From NCBI GenBank assembly GCA_024137785.1, contig JAHRHZ010000112.1:43690288-43754287 (forward strand): a DNA stretch of 64,000 bases, in the 5' to 3' direction. The notes beneath the pieces are model-generated. The model made no database searches and was not told the origin of the DNA. It worked only from the letters and a program-made list of their open reading frames with translations. Every line of letters begins with the position of its first letter. Position 1 is the stretch's first letter. Below are positions 51,818-64,000 of this stretch, piece by piece. Source of the stretch: Ginglymostoma cirratum (taxonomy: Eukaryota). The position numbers and the translations under genes are program-made.

Positions 51818-52056
51818 TGTAGTGACTGTAACAAGGCCAGCCAGCTGGACAACACAGAATATGTTCTCCCTGATTGAGACTATTAATCCGGTCCAATCAG
51901 GGAGCCCTGGCTGACAGATAAAAAAGGTTGAGTGTCAGGAATACTGACCGTCTGGTGCCTGACTCTGAAATGAGGCACTACCATAGCCAACGATAGTTCA
52001 TGTGTAAATAAAGGGTGTCTTGGTGATGAGATACTGACCTCCGTACTGTTACTTCG
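51818..52056 (+). mobile_element. Solo LTR, same family as 24198-24415
   Basis: It starts TGTAGTG, contains ccaatcagggagccctggctgacagataaaaa and aataaaggg, and ends ttacttcg. Confidence 0.7.
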
Positions 52057-53469
52057 GTATGTAGTTGAAGGGACACTGGAAAGATATTAACCCATAAATA
52101 AATTACTGGTATACTTTGTATCAGAGTAATATGTGCCTGTGGCAAGTAACTTGTGGTTTTGTCCGGTATAAACATCTTTTTTGCATATTCACCTTTGATA
52201 ATATTCCACATATAACCTTTCCTCATAGCAGTTTCTGTCATATAACCACCAACCAAAAAAGGTTAGTTGACTAGCAATAACCTTCCAGACTGTTTATAGG
52301 GAATGACGGAGAGATCAGTGGTCCTCCTTATTGCAAAGTATCAGGGTGGAAATTATTTCAAACTGTTACTAAGGAGGATTCCAGAAGAAATGTAGCCAAG
52401 TTACATTATATAATGACATGAGATCAATATTGCTTCTGCCCTTGTCCTCATTAATCCAGACAAACTGTTCTTCCACCAATAATGTCAATCCTGATGACTG
52501 TTCTCTCTGGACAATAGACATTAATCAAGCAAAGCAGCAGTCAACCACTTTGTGAAAGAAATAAAATTACGTTACATTTCTAGGGCAACTTCCATCATTG
52601 TAGTACTTCCCAAGGCACTTTATATCCAATGAAATTCTTTTGAATTATGATGTAATGTAAACATAGCAGCCAATCTGTGCAAAGTAACCCCCATCCCCCA
52701 ACAAACAGCAACATCATATAATAAGATTCCTGTTGCACCAATGTCTTACTTGTTGCTCAATCTCTGAATCAATATTTAGGGAAATGCAAGTTCAGCATAT
52801 GCTGAAGGTGGGAAGTAATGGAATATTAAAATAATATTTGCACTCCAGCAAATGGAGCATTAGTTCGTATGAAACTTGGGGAGTAATGATTCTAGCCTTA
52901 CTATTCCCTCTACTTGACCCTGGGTCTATCAAACAGAGGTAGCAAAACAATATCAGTTACTGAAGGTACCAGCTTTTTCTATCTCTGTTCACTCTCGTGC
53001 TCGTGCCTCACTGGATTATAGAGATGCAGTTAGTCGTATCACTCACTGGTGGCAAGTATTTTAATCTTGTCTACATGGAATATAAGAACCGGAGTGGGCC
53101 ATTCAGTCCCTCAGCTCGGTCCTGCCCATCTTACTGCCTGCTCATGTGTTCAGTAATAGTACTTTAGTGTCTGGAAGGTGCAGGGTTGATTTGTGGAGAT
53201 TCAAGGTAAACATGATGGTCAAATCCAGGTAGAGAGACTGTGGTTGTGTTGAATTTGCCAGCCACTCCCACTGGCAGAATAACAAATACACCAGAGGTAT
53301 GTCTATGATAAGTGAAAGTTGCAGACTGATAACTATGGACTAGCTGAACTCGTGACAGTTTGTTATAAGACTGTCCCAAATGGGGTGGCAATTTGACCAC
53401 GTTAAAGTGGAACTCTGGGCAAGCCATCAAAACCTCTCTGTAAAACATGTTCAAAATCTAGAAGTATGG

Positions 53470-54600
53470 CCAAACCTGGGAGAAAGTTCAAAATATTGTC
53501 TACTGGAGAGCAAGTAAAGTTGATACAGCAAGTAGAAAACTATGGCAGCGGGTGGGGGAGGAACATGCATATCACAAAGGATTCAAAGAAGTCACATTCA
53601 GTTGGTTAACCAGCCTGAAACACAAGATAAACATCTTGGAACTGGACAGACAAGCATCCTCTCCAGCAATGAGCAAGATGTGAAGGGTTGCTGACCCCAG
53701 TGTTGAAGAAGCTCTGCTAGCGGAGTTCAAGGCAAGTAAAGCTGATGACGTTCTCATGCCCCGTCCAATCCTGCAGGAAAGTGTAATCACCCTGGCAAAA
53801 AAACTGGACCACCAACAGTTCACCTGAACGATAGATTACAGCATTGCCTTCCTCATGGTAAACCGTGACACTGCAGCACTTGTGGCAACAATGGCAGATA
53901 ATTGACTACAAATAGATAAGACAGATTAACAAAAGAAAAGCAAGATTATCATCATGACTGGCAGTCATGCTCTGACATTATTGGCCTCAAGACTGTCAAG
54001 CTGATGTTCCTATCTCCCAACATCACAGCCAATCTCCAGCCAATGGAGCAGAGGGTGATTAGGAACCTGAAAATCCACTATTGACAGCAAATGATCTCTC
54101 AGGCTTCTGAGGTCATCTGTCAGAAGCAGGAGTTCTGGAAGCCACCTCCATGATGAAGGATGATAGTGATGGAAGCCATAATTGTCAGGGGGGTCTTAGA
54201 CAGACTGCAGCTGCACAAGGCTCCAAGAGTGAGGAGGGGCAAACTGAAGCTAACCAACCTGAAAACCAGGCTCAGTTCTACTCACTTGCAGGAAGCCAGC
54301 ATAGAAATTCCACCAGAGACCACCATGGAAACTGATGCAAAGGTGGACAACACTGTACACTGCACAATAAAACTGACAGATGCAGTAATCTCAAATACAG
54401 TATCATCTTCAAAGGAAGAGCCGGAGGAAGCGATGCCCCAGAAAAGTGATGAATGCCTGCCAGCTCCCTCCCTGTTTCCCAAGCAGGAGCTGCAAAGGCC
54501 ATGGAGATATTTTGGGAATCCATGCTGACACAATGACGGACTAGATCATACTCAGCTGAAGACAGCACACTAAACAGATTTAGATTACCAAGTTTTTCCT
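53470..54600 (+). mobile_element. Tigger/CENP-B-type (TIGD4/6-like) transposase fossil with internal deletion
   Basis: MAKPGRKFKILSTGEQVKLIQQVE (psq-type HTH), VEEALLAEFK...RPILQESVITLAKKL (CENP-B HTH) and LKTVKLMFLSPNITANLQPMEQRVIRNLKIHY (DDE_1 LPPNTTS.LQPMDQG.I...K..Y). Stops are present. Confidence 0.85.
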
Positions 54601-56349
54601 CGCCAAGCTCCCAATATTTTACAAGGTCAGGCTATTGTAAAATGTGAACAAATTGGAAGAAATGACATTTTCACACATACACAGCTTAACTGTGATTTCA
54701 TTCAGGGTTTTCCTCTGACATTGACTTGCTAGTAAAATACAGGGACCTCCTCAGGTATCTTGAAAGCCTCTCTTTGCAGGAATTTGTGGATAGGTCTCTG
54801 CGAGTCAACTTATCTTAACATTTCTGTATCAAAGAATGTTCAACTGATTTCAGCAAAAATAAAATCAACCTAAATAAGGGGTGGTGAAATATCAGGAAGT
54901 ATTGCCAAAGGATGGTTCTTCATATCAAAGAATGTCCATCTTTGGTCTGAACATCTGCAACCTTCCAAAAATGGCAGACAAAAAGCAAGCAAATAATTGC
55001 TATTTTTGTTTAACATCAGTGAAGAATTTGTGTTACAATCTGCAGATTCAATTTGAAAAGTAAGCAGATTATCACTGGGGGGAGAAATGGAGTTGGTAAC
55101 TTCAACAAAGGAGAAAATGTCAAATTATCCCCATGCAAGTGACAGGACTGAACGGTACAAAGGAGATTTCTGCTCCAGAGACAGGCTTTAGAAATTATTG
55201 GTCAGTAATTTGTAGGTTATCAGACAGTAGGAAAATAGGTGACGAAGATGGTGAACAGTATGTACACAGGGTTGGTACTATTTCCAAGAGATTTTCCCAG
55301 GTAACTGGGACACTGTTGCTTGAACATGACTAAATGCAATAGCTGAGCTGACTCAAAGACAGAGAATCAGGTTAACCCAAATTAGTTTTCACGCCCTTGG
55401 CCTTTTTTAGGTGTTGAACACAGATCACCACAGCAGCAGTCCAACTTTATCTGAGGTACAGTGAGACTGCTAGCTGCACAGAGTGCATTGGAGACAGTGA
55501 GGGTGCAATGTATCCAGTGAGGGTGTTGTTGATGCGAGTGAGGCAGGACACAGCAGAAGAAAATGGATGCACAGAACAGCTAACCTCAACAGGAGGTCTG
55601 TGTCCCTCACCAGCTATATTTGCTCCAGGAAAGAACGATGAAACTGTGAACCTGTGCCTGGGAATGTTTTCAGGTATGGTACCTGTGTTTGATTTTCCCA
55701 GTGCCCCAAGGACAGAGCACAACTCCCTGTAAAAACACATTACCTTGGAATCTTCCTGTTTCTAAACAAGTTCTCTATTAGGTCAGAGTCCCTGAAACAC
55801 TGACCCTGCAGGCAGGCAACCTCCAGGGGAAGAAATATTAAATACAGCCAGAGGCGACAAGACATCAGCTCCTCACCCTGGGCACCTCTGTGTTATTGCT
55901 TTGCCCACTCGCCTCTGTATTGAAAACTCAAGTAAAACTCTCTCGCAAATCCCCTACCTCCATTTAAATAGGCAGAAGATAACCCCTTCCCTGAAATCCT
56001 CACAGATAAACTGAGATTGCCCTCTTTATCCTCTGTACATCTTTCAGTCACTATTTTGGCTATTGTCAGTTAAATTTTCTAAGTCATTTGTACTTATTAC
56101 CCAAAGCTGGATTTTCTTTGTGATTATCCTGGATTTTGATTTCATGATGCCATCAAATCTCTTCCTGACCTCTTGCCACTGTCACTGGTGTTTCATATGA
56201 GTTTGGCGCTTGAGTTAATGTCACCAATGTGGATTTGTGGGAGCTGGGTAATAGGGAGAAGTCAGCACTGTCAAATCATTTGGTCTTTTTTTTAATCAAC
56301 AAGTCCTTTGCAACCAGATGATTTGCTTTCCTCCAAAGTGACCCTAAAG

Positions 56350-56452
56350 CTGGAACAAAAACAAAGTTGCTGGAAAAGCTCAGCAGGTCTGGCAGCATCT
56401 GTGAAGAAAAAAATCAGAGTTAACATTTTGGGACCAGTGAACCTTCCTCAGA
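56350..56452 (-). mobile_element. Penelope-like terminal fragment
   Basis: gttgctggaaaagctcagcaggtctggcagcatctgtgaag...gttaacattttgggaccagtgaaccttcctcaga; same family as the copies at 2530 and 25100. Confidence 0.8.
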
Positions 56453-58479
56453 CCCTTCCTCGGTGTGTATTGACTCTAAAGCTGGTGTTCATTGATGGTC
56501 AACAGCCTAATGGTTGGTGTAAGACAGTGAACACTGACCATTGCTAATATCCTATAATTAGGTAAAGCAGTTTGTGGTACAGGAATAGAGACCCCAATCC
56601 TGGGTTCAAATCCCACCTGTCCCGAAGGTGGATCTTAACACGCCTGAACATTTTTATTGCAAATACTTATAATTCGTACAAAGCAATTCGCTAAACTGCA
56701 GGCATAGCAGTCAGCAAGGCACTGCCCAGGGCAAACTGCATCACTCCTAACCCATTTAAGAAACCTATATTTTGACAACACATGGAGATGATTTTAGTTT
56801 TCACTGTGATAGCAGATTGGCTGCTTATTCTACATCGGCCTGATTGCCCGTTTCCCTGTAGTCAATGGAGAGGTCTTGTGGCACTGTGACAGCATCTCTT
56901 ATCTCTGGCCCTAAAGTTCATTCACTATTGTTATGCATATTTTTCTGATAATAAATCATAAGTTTAATGGTAGCCAAAGATTCTTCAAAATATTTTACAG
57001 GAAGCATTTATTTGCTTTGTTTTCTTTGTATATATAAGGGTTTGTCTTGCTATTGAACTGTTTGTATTCATACATCCTTACTAACTTTTCACTGGAAGTG
57101 TAACTACTCATTTTGGCTAGACATGGTCAGTGTTTCTATAATCTTCTGAATATGATCTGAGTCTGAGTCGGAGTCTATCAGGTGCACATATGACACAAAG
57201 AATCCTTGTAAAAAATGCTAAAATTGTAATGAACCAAATGTATGGTAGATGCTGGACAGTTCTTTAATATACAGATATACTCTTCAGTTTTGCAAGAATA
57301 AAACAAAAATGCTCACCTGACACTTGCTTCATCACTAAACATATCTGCATATACTGTATAAAGACATTTGAAATCAATCATTTCTTTGATACGCTTTTCC
57401 AATTTGAGGAATCAATTTCAAGGATTCATGGTAAATCTGAAATACTTTGACAAGTTCTTTGAAGCATTATTTATTTCGCTGATGTTGCTAAGGATGCAGA
57501 AAGGGTGATACTGAGGTTGTGTGACCTAAGATAATTTTGTTATTAGTCACTTAATAGCTGTAGAGACAAGGTTTCAAGGTAAATTTCCGTCTTGTAGTAA
57601 TTTATTGATTTCTACTTTATATGATGATATCTACAAATTTATAACAGACTTATACTAAATTAATGAACTGAACTAAGTTAAAAACTGCAGCTATGAAATT
57701 TGAACAATGGTATCTGTTTCTTACCCTACTTGATATGTTGAAAATTTCTGCTAAGTTGTATGCCACAGAATCTAAGTGAGGACTATAACAATGAACAAAA
57801 AACAAAAAAAACTAATAAAGTCAGAGGTGGCCCCAATGTAATTGCATCTTTCCTTCTTTTAGGCAGTCTCTTGAGGCAAAGGATGACTGTCTTTCACTTC
57901 AGAAATCAAGGGTCCTGGAGTGAGTTAATACTCCAATGCTGGATCTGTTGGCCCTGCCAAGGTAGAGCAGGTGGTGTCTGAAGAGGCAGGTGGGTTGGCT
58001 GCTAGGATCTTCACACACCTCTTCTGCTCTTTACATGTGACCTCCCCTCCACTGAGAGGTGTGAGGTAGTTGACACCTGTGCAGGTGCTTCTTCACTAGT
58101 TTGGTCAGTCGTGGCCTAGAGATTCCAAACAGTCAATAGGAATGTTGTATTTTTCCAAGGAAGAACATTCTTAGTGTTTTTTTATTCTGCCCTCCTCTTA
58201 ACTTTTTGCTGTGATGGAGTGTTGGGGTAAACAGCTTGTTTGGAAGTCTCGTATCAGGTGTGCAAATGATGTCGTCAACTGAATCCAGCTGATTGACAGT
58301 AACCAGTGCCTCATTGCTGGTAATGTTGGCCTGAGAGAGTACACGGATATTGGAGCAACAATTCTACCATGGGATTTGCAGGATTTTGCAGTAGCATCAC
58401 TGGTGATACTTCCATAGGGATTTCAGATGTCTGCTGTATTTTTTCCATCTCTTTGTTGCATACAAAAGAGCAGGTTTTT

Positions 58480-58840
58480 AATTCTTCATTCATTCATGGG
58501 ATGAGGGATGTCACTGGCTCGGCAGCATTTACTGCCCATTACTAATTGCCCAGAGGGCAGTTAAGAGTCAACCACATTGCTGTGGGTCTCGAGTCACATG
58601 TGGGCCAGACCAGGTAAGGATGACAGTTTCCTTCCCTAAAGGACATTAATGAACCAGATGGGTTTTTCCGACAATCGGCAACGGATTCACGGTCATCATT
58701 AGATTCTTAATTCCAGATTTTTCACTGAATTCAAATTCCACCATCTGCGATGGTGGGATTGGAACCTGGGTCCCCAGAATGTTATCTGGGTCTCTGGATT
58801 AACAGTCCAATGATAATATCACTAGGTCATCGCCTCCCCC
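58480..58840 (-). mobile_element. tRNA-derived SINE, near full length
   Basis: The minus strand has the head GGGGAGGCGATGACCTAGTGATATTATC, the B box GGTTCCAATCCC and an (ATGA)n tail. Relatives are at 24600-24920 and about 43700-44060. Confidence 0.85.
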
Positions 58841-59269
58841 AGGTAACACAACTGCCTTGTAAATGGAGTTTGGTTCTGGGTTTGAGGTTTTTGTCATCAA
58901 ACACACTGTCCCTGAGATGGCCAAAGGCCGCACTGGCACACTGAACTGATGCTGAGTTATTTATTGCTGATGTTGGCCGTCACTAAAAGGAGACTCCCAA
59001 TAAGATTTGATCCATGTTGTCCAGTGGTTCACCACAGAGGAGGAGCAACAGCACATAAAATAACTGTATGACACTACTGGGGATACACTAACTGAATTAG
59101 ACAGATAGAAACGCAAATGAACGGATAATCTAGAGTCATTGTTCAGGTATCAAAAGAGTTGATGAAGTACAATCAGACAGAAAAAGATAGCCAGGTGTGG
59201 ATGTCAGAAATGAAGAACCACCAGACTTGTTCTGGCAACAACTGAAGGAAAAATTGAGGATAAAAACAG

Positions 59270-59747
59270 AAGAGCTATCAGAAGAGATTTACCAGGATGT
59301 TGCCGGGTATGGAAGGTTTGAGTTATAAAGAAAGGCTGGATTTGCTGGGACTGTTTTCACTGGAGCATAGGAGGTTGAGTGGTGACCTGATAGAAGTTAA
59401 TAAAATAATGAGATAAAGAGTTAATAGTTGTCTTTTTCCTAGAATAGGGGGTGTCAAGACTAGGGACCACATTTTAAAATGAGAGGAAAGAGATTTTAAA
59501 AAGACATGAGAGGCAAATTTTTTATACAGAGGGTGCCTCACATGTGGAATGAACTTCCTGAAGAAGTGGTGGACGTGGGTACAATTACAACTTTTAAAAG
59601 ACATTTCGATGGATTCATGAATAGGAAAGGTTTGGAGGGATATGGGCCAAGAGTAGGCAGGTAGGATTAGTTTAGTTTGAGATTATGTTCAGCATGGACT
59701 GGTTGGACTGAATGGTCTGTTTCCATGCTGTACGACTCTGTGACTGT
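59270..59747 (+). mobile_element. CR1/HER1 LINE 3' fragment
   Basis: agatttaccaggatgttgccggg...tttttatacagagggtg...tggaatgaacttcc, with the tail ctgtacgactctgtgact. Confidence 0.9.
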
Positions 59748-59782
59748 ATAAGAGGGGAAAAAAAAACAGATGGGTGGATAAT

Positions 59783-60392
59783 GAGATAACAAGGCGTGGG
59801 GCTGGATGAACACAGCAGGCCAAGCAGCGTCATAGGAGCAGGAAAACTTGACGTTTCGGGCCTAGACCCTTNNNNNNNNNNNNNNNNNNNNNNNNNNNNN
59901 NNNNNNNNNNNNNNNNNNNNNNNNNNNNNNNNNNNNNNNNNNNNNNNNNNNNNNNNNNNNNNNNNNNNNNNNNNNNNNNNNNNNNNNNNNNNNNNNNNNN
60001 NNNNNNNNNNNNNNNNNNNNNNNNNNNNNNNNNNNNNNNNNNNNNNNNNNNNNNNNNNNNNNNNNNNNNNNNNNNNNNNNNNNNNNNNNNNNNNNNNNNN
60101 NNNNNNNNNNNNNNNNNNNNNNNNNNNNNNNNNNNNNNNNNNNNNNNNNNNNNNNNNNNNNNNNNNNNNNNNNNNNNNNNNNNNNNNNNNNNNNNNNNNN
60201 NNNNNNNNNNNNNNNNNNNNNNNNNNNNNNNNNNNNNNNNNNNNNNNNNNNNNNNNNNNNNNNNNNNNNNNAAGGGTCTAGGCCCGAAACGTCAAGTTTT
60301 CCTGCTCCTATGACGCTGCTTGGCCTGCTGTGTTCATCCAGCCCCACGCCTTGTTATCTCGGATTCTCCAGCATCTGCAGTACCTTTTATCT
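59783..60392 (+). mobile_element. Very young Penelope-like insertion with inverted pseudo-LTRs; interior lies in a 400-N gap (59872-60271)
   Basis: 16-bp TSD cagatgggtggataat at 59767-59782 and 60393-60408. 59783-59871 is the exact reverse complement of 60272-60360, and the right copy has an extra ~32-bp tail. Confidence 0.88.
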
Positions 60393-60430
60393 CAGATGGG
60401 TGGATAATACTGGGATAAGGGTTTAGGGAC

Positions 60431-60655
60431 GGGCCCAGTTAGCTCAGTTGGTGGATGACTGGTTTGCAATGCAGATTGATGCCAACAAAATGGTTTTAAT
60501 TCCCACACCAGCTGAGGTTACCATGAACGATTATCCTTCTCAACCTCTCCTCTCGCTGAGGCGTGATGACACTTCGGTTAAACCACCACCAGCTGTTTCT
60601 TTCTCTCCAATGAGAAAGCCTATAGTCCAGTCAGACTTTGATGATTTTACTTTTA
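60431..60655 (+). mobile_element. tRNA-derived SINE
   Basis: Head gggcccagttagctcagttgg (A box), degenerate B box ggttttaattccc and a ttttactttt tail. Confidence 0.7.
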
Positions 60656-61344
60656 GGGATGTAGGGTGGCTTGAAGACGAAAGATAGTGCCATCAGCATT
60701 ACAAAGGTTATGGTGAAAACAAACGAATGCACGGAAGTAATACCATATTGATAATGGAATCATTGAACACTTGCATATCATAGTTGAATATTGAACTGTG
60801 CATTATCTTATGTATATGGTTATACCAGATTAGCAAATATGTGCTTATTTACCTGTTGCTGAAACTAGTGGGGTACTTACAATTACCAGGACAAATAATG
60901 AATAGGAAAACTGAATTCTAAAGATTTCAGCAAATATGTCTGGATTACGAATTCATTAACAACTGGATGAAAGGACAAAACAAAAGCTAAAATGTTACCT
61001 GATGCAAGTATAAACCATCATGATAGCTTATGCCCCAAACTTGAAAAACTTACACAACATACAAATCTGAGTTACAATATTTAAATAACTTGGGAAGGGA
61101 AGAGAGAGGACCAGTTTGTAGAGTTAGAACAGAGTGTCATAGACAGTATCAAATGATTCATTAAATGAACACGAAGGGAACTTGGATGCCTGGCCAGGGT
61201 GTCAAATAAATTTAAAAGCATCCATGGATATGATAAAGCAATATGCTCTGCTTCAAACAGCCGCTTGAAAAATAAAAGATATTTTACACGAAGCAAATAA
61301 TAGTTAAATTATGAACTTTCTGCCACCATTTAACTATCAGAAAG

Positions 61345-62400
61345 AATCACATTTATAAAACACCTTCACAGCCGCAAGACATCCCAAAGTGATTTGCAGC
61401 CAACAAAGCACTTGTGAATCAGAGTTACTGTTATAAGGTGGAAAAACACAACAGCCAATAGCAGACAGCAAGAGCTCACAAACTGCAGTGATGATGCTCA
61501 GATAATGAGCTGAATTTTCTTAATTAGATGTTAGTATGAACATCATTTCAAGATAGGAACCTAGAATGGTCATGAGCTACTAGTCAGATAGTCATCATTA
61601 GCCCTCCTACTGGACCTCCTAGCTCCATGATGTACACATTGTCCAATGGACAAGAGGTCATACAGACATCAGTCATAATTGTCCAAGGGAAGCACACTCA
61701 AGAATGTGTCATGACAAACTCTGCCCATTGAAGGACAGTTTATGCAACATGGGAACTGGAGACCCAGCAGGAGGGCTCACAGTGACTATCTGACTGGTTG
61801 CCCAATGGAGAAATGGGTACTTCTGATGGAGGTAGGAGCCTGCAAGGATACCTCAAAATGGAGGTTTTCACTATGGCATTGGGAACATTAGAAAAGGTGT
61901 AGGACCACAGCTGTCCCAGGCCATTGCTGTGGACAAGAACACCTCCATAGCAGCTGCAGCTCTTAGCACATGGGTCTATATTGTGGTGAGTGAAAGGTGG
62001 CACTGATGGCTTCTTGGCAGGAGCCAGGAGGCTACGTCCCATTAAAAGCTGGGCTCTGGCTCTAATAGAGATCGGTTTACCACTGTTGGGGCAAAGTCAC
62101 CTTCCGCTCCACAACTGTGCCCCCCACCCCACCCCAATATTAGCTCATTAATGGGACTGATTGATGACTTGCTGGTACTGCGAGGCAGGGAGCTCTCAAA
62201 TGTGTTCATCCCACGTCCAGCAAGATACTCAGTGAGGTAAGAAAACATTGAATCACCTATCCAACTCGCTATTTTACTTCTTTGCTCCCAATCCCATCTT
62301 CTATCCACCTCCATAGGAATAGGAAAAATCAGCCCTGTGTTTTTGGTTGTGAGGTCTTCATAATAAATGTTGGACAAAATACCAAGTGAACTCCCCTGTT
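61345..62400 (-). mobile_element. Deu-domain SINE split by a PIF/Harbinger-like TIR element (61507-62335)
   Basis: Deu-SINE text catttataaaacaccttcac...cagataat resumes as tgtgtttttggttg...gaactcccctg. The insert termini are gagctgaattttct and aggaaaaatcagccc. Confidence 0.65.
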
Positions 62401-64000
62401 CACCCATTTTATGCATCAGCATCAATATTAAATTGTATTGACTAGTAGTGTACTTTAACCTTAAACTCAGAATATGAATGTAGTAGCCAAAGAACAGCAG
62501 ATGACTGGCCATTTATGACAAAGAAAAATTTTGCAACCCTGTCCTGCAAAAATGCATTAATTCTTAATCATATTTTAATACCTGGCAATTTATAACATGT
62601 TTTAGATAAATACCAGTCCCAAGTTAATCAAACATATTTCTTTCACCTTACTAGTTCTGCCTTAAAAATAAAATTAAAGCAATACAAGGCACAGTGATCT
62701 AAGGATGTCTGAGGTCAAGCCTAATACTAAATTTAGTCGTCAGCCAGCTGCATGTGACGCTAACATACTGGTTGTTATGGAGATATGGTCAACCTGCTGG
62801 GTGAGATAAACTGCTAATTGGCACCACTGCAGAGCTTAACTCCATGAAATATATATTTTTCCCCCAAAGTTGGCAGACCTGCCAAAGGAATGTGACAATT
62901 GTGCAATTTGTAATACCGTGTGGGAAATTAAAAAGTTCACATAAAAGCTAATATTGAAACATATTCACTGTTTATATGGTACAATTGTTTCATTGTATCT
63001 TTCTGGCAAGGGGAAATGATACAGATTCACAGAGATTATATTTGTCAAGATTTACATTATTTCATAGCCACTGGCTACAACTTTCATTATTTGTATTGAA
63101 CTTCACTTTGCGTAAGTGTGGTTTCAATACAATGTTACAAGTCACAATTGAAGTTAGACTTGTACAAATTACTAAGCCTATACTGAACTCTTCTGAAGCT
63201 GATACATTTGTATGAAAGCCTCACCATAAACTGCCTTTCACAAACTTCACTTGAACATAAACCCAAAGGGACTAAGTATTGTAACTTGTGTTTCTGTTAA
63301 AATTTCCCAAGCATAATTCTATTTATTGTTCTAAGTAGCAATATTTTATTTTGAAGACACCTTCCCACCAGATGTACAATCACAACTGTGGTCATTCTGT
63401 GAGGAAACTACTTTTTTTCCACTTTAAAATAAAAGTTCTCTCTTTTAACCAAAATAAACATTTTCTACACTGACATCAACCTTTACTGAAAGTAAACTAA
63501 ACTTTATGAAACATATTATAGTAGCCTGAAGGGGAAAACAAAAAGTAATTACTGGGAATTATGCAAGATGAAACAAACATACAACGGCTACGAAGGTTAG
63601 TGAGCATCCGTGTTATCAGCTTGCAACAATTGATACATCAATAAATTATGTTCTTCTGACTCTCATGGGAATCCACCTGAAATCTTTGACACATTTATTG
63701 GACTTTGTGCCCATTTTGTTGCAGACAGGATTTCATATGCATTTTTCAGAGAAAAGTGACTCTGAACAAGAATAGAGGATCGATGATACTGCCAACCATC
63801 CATTTGACAACCTAACCTCAGTTACTGCACTTTCACATGTATGCAGTGTCAACAAAGGCTAAAGTATTAAGATGAGTAGCAAGACTTTTTGACAATTACT
63901 TTAAATTTGACTTCTGACTTGTTCAGATAAGTAACTTAGCCATGCCGTGTTACGTGATAGCCAGTACAAGAATTTGAAACTGAATATAGTAACTTTGCTT

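Noticed and set aside
1-64000. CRISPR arrays, operons or prokaryotic defence systems
   Set aside because: The sequence is vertebrate intronic DNA with no regularly spaced repeats or gene-dense ORF structure; the short ORFs are chance or TE-derived.

Overview
This is eukaryotic, AT-rich, CpG-depleted DNA from a cartilaginous fish, as indicated by HE1-type V-SINEs, Deu-domain SINEs and CR1/HER1 LINE tails. It is almost entirely intronic. The only well-supported host coding sequence is a 78-bp phase-0 exon on the minus strand (4883-4960, NDEQPEKNRNKEKRRGRPGRKRKQTM). It matches the basic GRPGRKRK exon of the N-terminus of the long DNMT3A isoform, so the window probably lies in the large 5' introns of dnmt3a. 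No CpG island or promoter is visible. The rest is layered transposon debris: CR1, L2 and RTE-like LINE fragments, several tRNA-derived SINE families, two pogo/Tigger transposase fossils, PIF/Harbinger-like TIR elements, solo LTRs and many Penelope-like element (PLE) ends. The best lead is the PLE set. Two very young inverted-repeat insertions with 15-16 bp target-site duplications (TSDs) each enclose a 400-N assembly gap, and one shows intact minimal hammerhead-ribozyme cores on both strands. Several ~200-bp fold-back PLE derivatives carry their own TSDs. I see no convincing wholly new biological system. Family names come from sequence recognition by eye, not database searches, and the boundaries of old repeats are approximate.
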